A DNA stretch of 64,000 nt from Cladosporium halotolerans (taxonomy: Eukaryota). The notes beneath the pieces are model-generated. The model was given only the letters and a program-made list of their open reading frames with translations, did no database searches and was not told where the DNA came from. A program made the position numbers and the translations under genes. The stretch covers positions 124,001 through 188,000 of the forward strand of contig NW_027191462.1 of assembly GCF_011745625.1 (NCBI RefSeq). Direction: 5' to 3'. Positions 36,960-48,557 of this stretch are shown here, piece after piece. The first letter of the stretch is position 1. Each line of letters opens with the position of its first letter.

Positions 36960-37985
36960 CGCACGCACGCACGCACGCGCACACCACCTCTGCTGCGCCC
37001 GCGCGGCCGCACGACGACGACGGCCGGCGCGCGGGTGGGTCGCCGAGCGTGGAGCGTGGAGCTTCGACGCAGCGCATGCGCAGCGCTGGCGGGCGGACAA
37101 AGAGAGGCGCGCGCAGTCATGCACATCCAGCTGCTCAGCATTTGCTCAGCATTCCGCCGCAGCGACGACAGGCAGGATAGGCGTTAGGGGAACCACGGAC
37201 CACGCGCTGGGCCCGGGGCGCAGGTGGTGAGGTCGGTGGTGGAGCCCGCCAGGCGCGCCAAGGCGATGTGCAGCGCTTGCCCTTATTCCTTATCTCTGCG
37301 CAAGCAAGACAGCTCTGCGGTGATTCAGCCAAGAGGGTTTGCTGCCCGCCGTCCGCCAGCGCCACGCTGTGCTGCGGGTCGCCGGTGCGGCGCGGAGCTG
37401 CTGCCACGACGACTCGCAACTGGGCGAAACGCTGGGCGCTGGGCGACGGGCGATGGAGTGCTGGCAGCTGGCATGCTATAGTGTGCGTGGGCGTGGGCAA
37501 TCCACAGGGTGCCAGTGTGCCAGTGTGCCTGTGCAGTGCCAATGCCAATGCCGCCGCAGCAGCGCGGGAGGATTGGAAAGGGGGGGGAAAGGATGATTAT
37601 GCTTACTGCGGGTGGCTGCCCGACCTGCCGGGAGCGCTGGCTGCCGGGGCGCTGAGGAAAGATTAGATTAGACTTCTGCGTATCTGCCGCGGCCTACGGC
37701 GAAGGCGTGCACTCAATCTCAAGGCGCGCGCACGCATACCTTACACATGCATTATTCCGCCGGGCTGGATAGGAGCGCGCAGGCAGGCTGCTGCATGTGA
37801 AATACACACCCCGGGCGCCGATCCAACCCAGACACGCACGCGCGCACGCACGCACGCGCGCGCGGACTTTGGCCGAGCAAGCACGCTGCAACGTCGCCAT
37901 GTCTGACCGGCCACCAGGCGCCGCTGCGGGCTTTGACGAGGGCCAGCGTGGGTGGGACAGGCGACGTCGTGGTGCGCGCGCGCGC
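36960..37985. repeat. (GCAC)n/(GC)n alternating purine-pyrimidine microsatellites
   Basis: Tracts near 36960-36984, 37723-37738, 37832-37864 and 37972-37985. Confidence 0.8.
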
Positions 37986-39840
37986 TCTTGGTATCGGGGT
38001 CGCCAAGGGCCTGCCAATGCGGGTGATCTGCGCTTGACTCTCCGCCCCGAAGTGCTTGAGAGATAGGGAGGAGGAAGAGGCGCACGAAGAAGCTTCCCAC
38101 CCTTGCCTGCCCTGGCCCTGCCCTGACATGGAGGCGCCGGCTGTCGTCATCGCCGTGTGTCGTTGAGGCTGCTGCGCCTCTCGATAAACACGACTGTGAT
38201 ATGAGGTGAAACGGCAGGGCAGATCAGATACGCCGCTGCAGGTGCGGAGATGCGCGTGCAGACGGCGGCGCCGCCGGATCTCGTCTCACATCGCATCACA
38301 CACACGTTGTGCGTTCCAGCCCGGCGGGCGCACACCGGGTACGGTATGTAGCACGCACTGACGTCTGGCAAGCCGGCCAGGCCAGGCCACTCCGCAAGTG
38401 GTGATGAAACTAGGTGGCACCGCCATCCCACGCCAACCCCGTGGAGCGTTATCGTTCCCCAGGAGAAACGGCGGGGCCAGCGGCGATCAGTGCGTCGTCG
38501 GCGCCTGTCCGCCCGAGAGCCAGCGCGGTCAAAACAAAATAATCCGCCATATGTCTCGATGCGGAAGCAACGGGCAGCGATTAGACTCCGACCTGCACGG
38601 AATCCGTCGGCGCCTCGAACCCAATCTGCGCCCGACGACGCCTCATTCGAAACAACACCCAAGAACTCCCGCCTTCGCCCGCGCCTCTCCTCCCCTCTTG
38701 GCGATATCCCCCCGGCACCCTGGATAGGCAACACAATAAAACGATCGACATGGCCGCAGGCCTGCAAAGTCAGGTCGACTCCACCGCAGAGTAGGGCTAG
38801 TATCACGGTCTGGCTATTCGTCGGCACACCCACCTGTCACGCCTGACCAGCTGCCCTGCCATCAAAGCCCGACGACTAGCCCGACCACGCATACGTCTAC
38901 GTCTACGTCTGTGGCGCATGCGCTCCTTCGAAGCCCAAGCAAAACAAAAAAAGAAGGGCGGGAACAGCAAGAAGGTCTGGAAGCTATGACTCGTGCTACC
39001 TCAGCCAAGGTAGGTCAGGTAAGGTAAGGCACTAACCCCAAGAAAATCCGACCCTGAGGCTGCCACTACTTCCACCTCACCTCCACCTCGCCATCTCCAC
39101 GCCGAGAGATTTAGCACGCGTTCCACAGCTTCCGCGCCGGACAACATCGAAGGCATGTGCGCGGCCGCCGGGGCTGGGCGGTGTTTGCTCTGCTTACTTG
39201 CATTGCTCGCTCGCACGAGTAGGCGGCTGCGGTGTTGGCACGGGAAGCTGATTCATGAACGGTGCGTGATGCATGGAGACACAGGCATCACGTGCCGCGC
39301 AGGACGACGTTGGAGGAAGCGGGTTCGTGTTCCCTTGCCAATCGATGCTTTTGCTTTCCCGGATGTAAGTTTTCCAAGGTGAGGTCCTGGAATATGTGAG
39401 GGGCGCTAGGTAAGGTGCTGGGGCAAGGCGCTGGTGAGGTAGCATCCGTTGTTCACGCCGCGCCGCGCGAGGTGTCTTATGGGCTAGAAAAGAGAGCGGA
39501 AAGGCAACGATACTCTGGAACGCGGTAGCGCGCTTTTCTTGCATTCAGCTACCTTAGTGGTTAAAAGCTACCGTTGTTCTCGATGGAAAGCGCGCTTTGC
39601 GAGGGGGAAAAGCCCTCGGTCGATCAATCAATCGATGCTAAGGTGAGTTCCGATTTTGTCCTGCGTTGCTGCACTGCGCTGCGCCGCCTTTCGGACCATC
39701 AGCGTCCGGCCGTCCATCGATCGGCCAACCCATCCAACAGACCAGCGACCAGCAAACGTCCTCCACCCCAACTCAGTCCCCTCCAAACAACCTCTCCATC
39801 CAAACAGTGCCTTCCAATCCCCTCCATCGCACCCTCCCCC

Positions 39841-40659
39841 TCAATACTTCCCCCGATTCCCAAAATCACACGCCCCCACAGCCCTATTCCCCGGCACAAC
39901 GTCCCTCCCCTCCTGCCACTCCCACACCAACTCCCGCAGCACATCCGCGCCCGCCTCGTCGAACCGCCCCACGTGCATGCACACCTCCTGCAGCACGAAC
40001 ACGCTCCACGGCAGCGCGTGCACGATGCTCTCGACCGGAAACGCCGCCTGCCGCCGCACCCAGGCGCGCCAGAAGCGCGCCCCGAGCAGGTCGACGGCGT
40101 ACTGCGCGAGCTCGGAGGCTTCGGTGGGGAGAGCGTAGGCGAGCAGGATGAGCGCTGCGTCCGCGAGGCGGATGCCGAAGTACGGGTCGTGGGCGCGGGG
40201 GTTGGGGGCGCGGTGAGGGTGCGTGGGCGTCGGGGCGAGGAGGGGGGCGAGGGGGTCTTCTTCTTCGGATTCTTCTTCTTCTTCGACTTCTTCTTCTTCG
40301 AGGGGTTCTTCGAGGGGTTCTTCGCTTTGCTGCGAGGAGGCTGGGGCGGCGCTGGCGGGCTCGGGCTTCTTTTTGCGGGTTTGTGGCGGGAGGCGAGCGG
40401 CGTCGGAGGACGTCGGCGGGGTGTCGGAGGTGAGTTTGAGGGGGTCGGTTGAAGGTTGGTGCTGGGAGTCGCGGCGTGGGGCGGGCAGGGAGGAGGCGCG
40501 CGTGCGTGGTGGGGAGGGCGTGGCGGGGGAGGGGTGCTGGGGGGTTGTTAGTATATGGATCGCTACTTGGAAAGAATGTTGATGAGAAGGTAAGGGTAGA
40601 CGTACGTCTGCGACTGGCGCTTTGCGCGCCGCGAGGCTGGTGGCCGAGGGCGAGGCCAT
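39841..40659 (-). CDS. Hypothetical protein (Pro/Glu-rich N-terminus, helical C-terminal domain)
   Basis: 272-codon ORF with C-biased codons and a probable in-frame intron 40605-40537 (GTACGT..CTAAC..CAG). No family recognised. Confidence 0.6.
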   Translation of the reverse strand: MASPSATSLAARKAPVADVRLPLPSHQHSFQVAIHILTTPQHPSPATPSPPRTRASSLPAPRRDSQHQPSTDPLKLTSDTPPTSSDAARLPPQTRKKKPEPASAAPASSQQSEEPLEEPLEEEEVEEEEESEEEDPLAPLLAPTPTHPHRAPNPRAHDPYFGIRLADAALILLAYALPTEASELAQYAVDLLGARFWRAWVRRQAAFPVESIVHALPWSVFVLQEVCMHVGRFDEAGADVLRELVWEWQEGRDVVPGNRAVGACDFGNRGKY

Positions 40660-42526
40660 GTTGCTGGTGTTGCTACCTTATTGCTGCCGTTGCTGTTGCT
40701 GTTGTTGTCGCTGGAGCTGCTGATGTTGCTCGTGCTGTTGACGATAGTCACTGCTCAGATATGACTGGAATAGTATGTCGTGAGAAGAGTCTGTGGGTGA
40801 GTCAAAAGGTCATATGAAGAATCTGTTCGTCACTTGATTTCAGGCGCGGACATGTGAAAGTGAAGTGGCGTCAAGAAGGGGCCTTAGGCAGGAGCGCGCA
40901 CGTGAGAGAAAGCGCGGGTTAAGTGAAGTATGGCCGGAGCGAGGCGGCCGCGTGGAGTTGACTTGTGATTGATGGCAGACGGATGTCTGCTTCAGTGAGG
41001 TCTGGATGTTCAGTAGCATACATACTCTCTGAGGGAGTCGCATTTAATCGGAATATAGGAGAAGGTATGACCATACTATGCTCTGAGATGCACCGATCAT
41101 TGAATCGAGATTCTGTCGCAATCAGGCGCTCTCAGACTTAATACAAGATCTCAAAGTGCTAGTGGAGATGGTAGAACAAGACTTCATCGAGATATCTGGG
41201 AAGATGTCGATCGTGAATTGCAACGGTTCGTACCATGCAAGCTCTTCGCATCGAGATCATCTTATCATAGATCCAGAGAAGAGAGTGTACTACATACCTT
41301 TCGTCACATCATCCATGAAGATATCGAGAGCTGACAGTGGAGCTCTTCGCATAAACCCTTCGTCAGAGAGCAAAGGGTCACCAAATCCCAAAATGCCCAT
41401 AAGTGATGGGATGACGGTTGATAGCATCGCCGGGGGCTGACAGTGGAGGGAATGGCATCTTGCGTAGTGAGCACGTCCTTCTCTCAGTGCCAAATGACGT
41501 CTCGGGCATAGACATGGCATGTTCAACATCGCTGTTGTCGTCGCAGAGCCATGTAAATCATCTTCACTTCTTCCGAGCGCGCCACGATTTTGATCTTGTG
41601 AGGTGAGCTTCGTCTGCATTGCGCTGCCGTGTCCTGGGGCGTACACGTATCGTGCGATGCCAGTAGATATGTAATCTTAAGGGCTGAGATCAAGGTAGCT
41701 GGGAGAGCCTAGGGCAGGATCGTACCTTGAATCGATCGACTCGGGGAGAAATCCGAGAATTCTGGAAGGAGAAACGTGATTCGAGAACTCTAGAGGAGGG
41801 CAGTACCTGTGGAGTGTCCGAGACGTAGGAACACGAGAGAGATGGCTGCAAGATGGCAACATGCAGGCCCCTCGGGTAGATTATTGATCTTGGGGAGTCA
41901 AGTTCGATGGTTTGAGCTTGGGATTGCCCTAGGATTACTAGTTGAAAGGGCTGAAAGCCACCTACTTCCGACATGATTGGTCCCAGCGACGAAATACTGC
42001 AGTATGGCTTGGGAACTTGGGGAAAGCGATTGCTGAATGCGGTCTGTCGTTTCGGTGTCAGCAAGTGCTCTTGTAGTGTAAAGGACTGACGCTGCGGCGG
42101 CACTGGACACAGACCACATTAGAAAAGAGCATGCGATATCAGAGTAAGAGAGCGATTCGAGAAGTACGGTAGAGTTGCTGAACGAATTGTCAATATTCAA
42201 CACCCTGCATTCGAAATAGCAGGGTCCGTATTCGAGATGTTGTATTAGGTAGCTGGATCTACCGAATCGTAGCAGTGAAGAAAGTCATGACGCCTTCGCT
42301 GGATAAAGGGACCGTCGGGGATAAGGAGAAAAGAGAAACAGACCAACCACGGGCGAACGACATCGCGCCGTGGAATGTAAGGGCAGGCCGATTGACACCG
42401 CGTGTTCATAGACAAACCAAGCCCAAAGCACCTGCGCAAAAAAAAAAAAACAGACAGGCCAACAACAGCAGAAACAGGGAAATCGCTCAACTTCGGTTCA
42501 CAAAACGACAATGCCTCCGGCCCCGC

Positions 42527-43100
42527 TCAAATGCCCTTGATGGCAACCGTCCTCTCGCTCTCGAGCTTCTCCTTATTCCGCTCCTTGTCCTGCTGCTTGC
42601 AGTCCTCGAGCCCGGGGCAGCTGTGCGACTCGAGCATGCGGTGCTTGCCGCAGAAGTGGCCCTGGCAGAAGCCGCAGTCGCCGACGATGCGCTGCGCCGC
42701 GTCGCGGCAGTCCTTGAAGTTGCAGCGGATCTTCTTGGGCGCGCCGCCGCGGATGGGCAGCGCCAGGTGGATTGTCGACTCGCGCGTGATGGCGTGCGAT
42801 GTGAGCGGCGCGGAAGGGTCGGTCAGGTGCTTGCCGGCGTGCACGAGGCGGAGGGAGGAGGACGGAAGATTGGTGCGGAGAGCGAGGAGTGAGTGCAAAT
42901 TTGAGACGGTGGTTGATTGAGGAATGGTTATGGGGAAGGCTGGATGCGGTGTTAATCGTGGGTTCGCTAAGTGAGTCTGTGGATGGTAACTTACTGTCGC
43001 CTGACAGGTTCTTGACGAAGATCTGCATGGTCTCCTCAGGCTCCGCGGACGAGGCGCGAGAGGAGGCGGAGTTGACGCTGGAGATGCTGTTGGAGCGCAT
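42527..43100 (-). CDS. Ubiquitin-like domain plus AN1-type zinc finger protein
   Basis: Exon 43100-42995, intron 42994-42940, exon 42939-42527. MQIFVKNL...LRLVHAGKHL...IHLALPIRGG, then CNFKDC..CGFCQGHFCGKHRMLESHSC. Confidence 0.9.
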
Positions 43101-45695
43101 GATGGCGGATTGGAGTGTGGTCGTAGAGGGTGCGGTAACGGTTGTGGTGCGGCGACTGGGTGTATGACGATAGTGCCGCGGATGTGGTCGGCGACGGACG
43201 AGCAGCGGAGAGATAAGACGGGTGGGCTGGCAGCGAAGTCGGCGGCAAATGAAGCGGTTGGAGAGCGGCAGCAGCTGGGGGTTGTGTGGAGGAGGAGAGG
43301 AGGGTGGGAGGGCGATGAGTGGCGTTTTGTAGCGCTGGGGCAGTCGTGGAGCTGAGTAATAGTAAGGGTCACAGGCAGGGCAGTCAATCGGTCAGTCGCG
43401 CAGGCGGAGGATGAGGTGTCGCCTGAGCGTCTCGCCGCGCGCTCGGCCTTTGGCCCGTCATCAATGCGTCTTCCACCACCTTCCGACCGCAGCCATCGCC
43501 GCCACTGCGCAGCCCGCCCGCGGTCCGTCAGAGCGCGGCTGCTGATTCGGCCTGCCGCGCTGCGGTACCTGGCGCAACGGTCGTGCCCGTCCACCGCGAT
43601 CTGCCCTGCAGCGCCCGTACATGCGTGAGTCGTGCTCCAGGTGCTGTCCACGCCTATCACCATCCACCACTCCCTGCCGGCGCTCCAATCCACCTCGGCC
43701 GCTTCCCGCCCGACAACCGCCCGATCAACCCCAGGCTGGAGACGAGCGCGAGGCGAGGCGACGCGGGCGATCAGGGCACGCACGCCGCACGCTCCGAAAC
43801 AACGCAGCACATGCCGCCCTGTCTGTGCCGGGCCGCTGGCTGAGGCGTGCTTGCTGGCCTCCTGTTACCGCGACTGTGCGACGCTGCTCCTCTCTCGCCC
43901 TTCCTCATCTCATCCCTTTCATGCGAGCAATGCGGCCATGCCCCTTCTGACCCTTGGCCGCTGCGCGCTCCTCGCTCGAAACGCCTCCCTCGGCCGAAAC
44001 GTCGTGCCGCCAGCTTTGCAGCGTGCATGAACCGCCGTTGCTGATGCCCGGCCACGTGTCGACGATAAGCGGTCAAGCGCCTCGCCTGCCTTCCGGAGTG
44101 GACACGCATCTTGCGTGCTGGCAGACGATGTGCTGTGGCATGATCGATGCACCTATTTAGCCATCTGCGACGTTGATCACTGGTAAGGTATCTACGGATA
44201 TAGTGTCTACGTCCTATACGTGCTCCGACAGCGCGATGCTTGATCCACCAGAGCGACAACCCTCGCAAAACCAGTCCCGTCTCAAGCCCGGACGAGTTAT
44301 AGCTACGACTATGACGGCGACAAAACATGCTCCGATGTAGTTCTACAAGAGCTATGCTCAGATACAGGCGCTCATGGCTTCGTTGGGAATATCGGTACCG
44401 TGTCTCGCAAATCGTCTGCTTCCTCACATGCATGCAACTTATCTTCATGTTTGTCCCGAGAGCCGTGAGTCTCACTCCGTCCCACCGGCAGCGTACCGGG
44501 TTTGGAGACCAGCATCAATCCACGGTTCATCCGTACGAGCATCTGCCATGGCGGTCGCAATATTGAGAGACACACCGAACAATAATGACGTATTGGCCGA
44601 CATGCCTGCATGTTTGGTGTGCTGTGAAGACCTGCGATATTGCAGAACATGCGCTGTTCATGGTGTCCCTACTGACAATGATGATAATCCGTAGGCATCA
44701 TGGAAAGCATGAAATCTTCAGTCAGCGTGTTCCTCGGTTCACATGCATTACCTTCATCAATTCGCTGGTCCGTAGCACCGCCACGCTGCAAGCCACCGAC
44801 CCGTGCCAAAATCCCAGCCGAACAGGGTCCAGACTCCCGGACCGACTTCACTCCTCCGCGCTTCGCGATCTCCAGCCTTGACCTGCACTGTCTATACAAA
44901 TGCTGCAGAATGCCACACTGCTGCCATATTCGAATTTCGTGTCCCACAGGTATGTTGGCACGAAGAATGCTTGAACCATGGAATTTCACCGGCCACTATG
45001 CGCAGGTCTCGGTGTACGCCTCTGTCTTGCTCCGCGGCTTTTCGATCAAGATGCATCCAGTTACACAGGCGACGATGACATGCTTCGCATGATCCATAAT
45101 ATGCCGGAAATGCGGAGACTCATTTGATTTGTGCTGTAGTGAGGCAGCTGTCTGCTACATCTGTGTCCATCAATGATCGCTTACAGTAAGGCTAGCACAC
45201 ATTGTGCTCATTCCAAGCTCCCTCCTTCAGGATGATCAGTATGAACAGCCTTCATGCCACCCGTACGTTCAAACCGACGCTTCATCATGGGCACATCACC
45301 CATTGATCAGGTGCACGTCTTTATCGCAGGGACAAATGTTATACCGCGGCACCCGGACCTACTTCGATGCTCGCACAGAAGCAGACGCTGAGTCGCTTGC
45401 TCGAATCGCCATCCTCAAGTATCGATACAGGATGAAATATTCGTTTCCACTGCCCAGCTTGAACGATTCTGGACTAAACTAGATTGGAGCACGCAAGCAA
45501 GACTGCCTGGGTGAGGCGGAAGAGCGCTAAATGTGCAGTGAGACCGATAGCGAGTCTAGCAAGGCCATGTTCGACAGCTTCTGTGAGAGATGCGTTGCTA
45601 TGCAGCGCGGCGCGAAGCCTGAGGCTCATAAGCCCGGCCTCATAACAACGCATCACGCGCCGCTACAACCTTCTCTCGAGCATCACACAGCAACA

Positions 45696-47609
45696 ATGAC
45701 TTCCAACGGCAACGCGATGAACGTGCTCGCGCACAATTGGACTCCTGAGGAGATCATGCAGGATTTCCATGGCAAGCTCAAAGGCGTCGTCCTTGTTCGT
45801 TGCATGGAATGGTACACCAACGATGAAGTCCAGGCGAAGGTCAGCCTCGGCCGCGACACCCCTATCGACAATGCAAACATGCTTGCTGAGCACAAGCGCA
45901 ATCTCGCCAGCATCGCGTTGGAGAGCGGACACTTGCCGACCGTGTTCAAGCTGCAGTTTGACAAGCGTCGTTTGATCAACTTGACGGTCCGGCTGGGAGA
46001 GGAGCATATGACGGTCACAATGTTGAGAACGGCGATCAACAGGAAGGACAGCCTTCAAGGTCACGACAGTTCTTACTCCCCTTTCAATCGGAGCGGTTGA
46101 TTTCGCTGACCTTTCGTAGTGCCCACATTGTCGGCCACTCCAACTCTACAAGAGCTCGAAGCCGCCCGTCCAGAACACGGCCGTTACCACTCAGGCAAGG
46201 CCCGCGAGACCCGCGACTACTGGAACAAATTCCTCGACGCCGCCGGGCGACACTCAACTCTCAGCATCCAGAGAGCCTACGGAATGGGCCAAACGAGGGT
46301 TCGCGAGGAGATCTCGAGAGCCAGACAAATCGTCAGTCGCATGCAAGAGGTCGAAGACCTCGAGCGCAAAGGCCAGAGCTTCCCGCAGACCTATACGCCA
46401 CCGGCGACTCTGCTACCGGGCCAGCAGATCTACACGCTTCCTCCGTCGGCCATGGACGTCGTGACAGCCGCCAAGGAGGCGAAGAAGAGAAAGCGGCAGG
46501 CCTCGCGGAACCCTCAGACTCCGCGCAGCAGGATCGTCATACTCAAGCTGCCGACTCAAACGGGCCAGCAGAAACGGGCAGTTACGCTCCCGTCGTTCCA
46601 GGGCAATGGCGCGACTGTCGCTACAACTCCGACGAAGGGAAAACCCGCCGCCTCATCCAACCCTCAGACCCCGCGTAGCAGGATCATCACCCTCAAGCTG
46701 CCGCTTCAATTGGAGCAGCAAAACGAGACACCCACGCTCCTGCCCTCGCGTTTTAATGGCGCGACTCCCCTCAAAGAGTCCAGAAAGACAAAGCACGCCG
46801 CCTCGTCCAACCCTCAGACCCCGCGCAGCAGAATCGTCACCCTCAAGCTCGGCAATGGCGCAACTGCTGCCACAACTCCGAGGAAGGGAAAAGGCGCCGC
46901 GTCATCCAACCCTCAGACCCCGCGTGGCAGAATCGTCACCCTCAAGCTGCCGCTTCAGACAGAGCAGCAAAAAGAGACACCCACGCACGAGACACCCGCG
47001 CTCTCATCCTTCCGTTTCAACGGCGCGACTCCTCTCAAAGAGTCGAAGGAGAAAAAGCGCCCCGCCTCGTCCAATCCTCAGACGCCGCGCAGCAGAATCG
47101 TCACCCTCAAACTCCCCCCTCAAACCCCTAGACAGCCCCAGACCCCCACCACAACAAAGCCAAGGCAACGCCTCCTCTCCCTGCGCACAAACCGCACCCT
47201 CCGCAACCTCCGCCTGCAGCTCCTCGTCGACCCGAGATCCCTCCCGCCCCTCTCCTCTCTTGCAGAAGACTTCTCCAACGACCACATCCCATCAACCAGC
47301 CCCGCCGAATTCTCTGGCGAGACGCCCCACACCATCGACTCCTACCTAGCCTGGTGCGCGGCCGACGAACCCGTTCTACTCGCGCGCTACGGCACCGCAC
47401 GCATCGGCAAAAACGTCGCGGAGATCGTGCGCTTCTGGCTCGAGGAGGTTGCTTTGGCGGAGGAAGGCGGGGAGAAGGAGTTGGGGGAGGGGGGGACGTT
47501 TTTGGGGGTTCTGGGGAGGGCGTTGGGAGATTTGGAGGGCTTTGAGGCGTTGGTTGAGGACGGGAGGGAGGGGGTGGATGAGTGGGCGAGGAGAGTTCAG
47601 GACAGTTGA
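45696..47609 (+). CDS. Orphan protein with five internal tandem repeats
   Basis: ORFs 45531-46100 and 46119-47609 join in frame via putative intron 46060-46119 (weak GTCACG donor, GCTGAC branch, TAG). ATG at 45696 is in good context (ACAATG); an earlier start at 45531 is possible. Confidence 0.65.
46500..47114 (+). repeat. Coding tandem repeat, 5 copies of a ~51-bp core (ASSNPQTPRSRIVTLKL)
   Basis: Cores start at about 46500, 46650, 46800, 46899 and 47064. Confidence 0.92.
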
Positions 47610-47743
47610 GAGGGCGTAATGCTTGAAGATAGTGAATAGCTCAATGGATTCTCCACTTGATCAGCGTTGCTCGAATTTGGCTCTCCCTCTCGGTGGTGAA
47701 TAGATGGGCACGATGGTCTGGGCCTGACGGTAGTAGGATCGAT

Positions 47744-47907
47744 GTCGCTGAGATGCGCTCGCTGTACATGCATGTGAGGAGCTACGCTCTCAGTGGTGAG
47801 GGTACGATGGAAAGCCTGCATGTGTTGTGGTAGCAGCACAGAGTCGCTGAGATACGCCCGCCGCGCAAGCACGTGAGGAACCGTGCTCTCAGTATTAGGG
47901 GTATGAT
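47744..47907. repeat. Diverged 65-bp direct repeat, period 99 bp
   Basis: 47744-47808 aligns ungapped to 47843-47907 with 16 mismatches by manual count. Confidence 0.85.
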
Positions 47908-48557
47908 CTGGATGGTCTGTGTCTGTTCACAGTGGCACAAGACGTCGGGGAGACGACCAGCGTAGGGGCATTTCGAATATTCGACACTCCTGCCTCACCA
48001 CCTATCTAACGAATCCATGGTGGATGGCAGTAAACTTGTTTTGTTTCATTTGCGTCGACGCTTTGCGGAAAAAGTAGCACGTTTCGAGCTTTCCATCAGC
48101 TCAACTTGAGACGGTGAAGCCGGCTTCGTGATGACGACTGAACCCGGCCACATTCGTTTACGAATAAGGATACAGTATACGAGTAACACGAGAACAAACC
48201 AAAATGTCATTTCAGATAACGGCTGAGGGCGTGAAGTGTGCACCGAAAAGGAAAAAATTGGAAGAATTGCCAATGTTGACCAACCCCAACCCTAACCCTA
48301 CCAACACATAGTCCGAAATGCCATGGCCCATCATCGCCGGGAATTTTTCCAGCAATGTGGACACGAGCTGTGTATTAAGCTCACAACACTAGTCTCAGCA
48401 GGGATCCTCTTTTCATGAGACGGCGCGCATACGGTTCGGACAAGATCACAGAGCAATGCGATCGCAAAGTGAGAACGGAGAAGTCACACCTGGAGTTCAA
48501 TGAAGGGGTAACCACGCTCGCGTGATGGGGTATCTTGAACACCTTACATCTACAAGA

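Noticed and set aside
45187..45199. 13-mer TAAGGCTAGCACA shared with 2859-2871
   Set aside because: Matches of this length are expected by chance in 64 kb.
43110..45500. Many short overlapping ORFs
   Set aside because: No codon bias, splice-consistent model or motif; treated as intergenic.
46500..47114. Repeat-spacer pattern as a CRISPR array
   Set aside because: Eukaryotic context, in-frame coding repeats, mutually homologous spacers and no cas genes.
48128..48226. GTGATGA...CTGA snoRNA-like pair
   Set aside because: Poor terminal stem and no recognisable guide; a snoscan/Rfam hit would be needed.
48281..48302. CCCTAACCCTA telomere-like motif (also ACCCTAACCCT near 8137) as a telomerase RNA template
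   Set aside because: Under two repeats. Only about 250-290 nt remain before an antisense CDS, whereas filamentous-fungal TERs are roughly 2 kb with the template near the 5' end. No pseudoknot was recognised.
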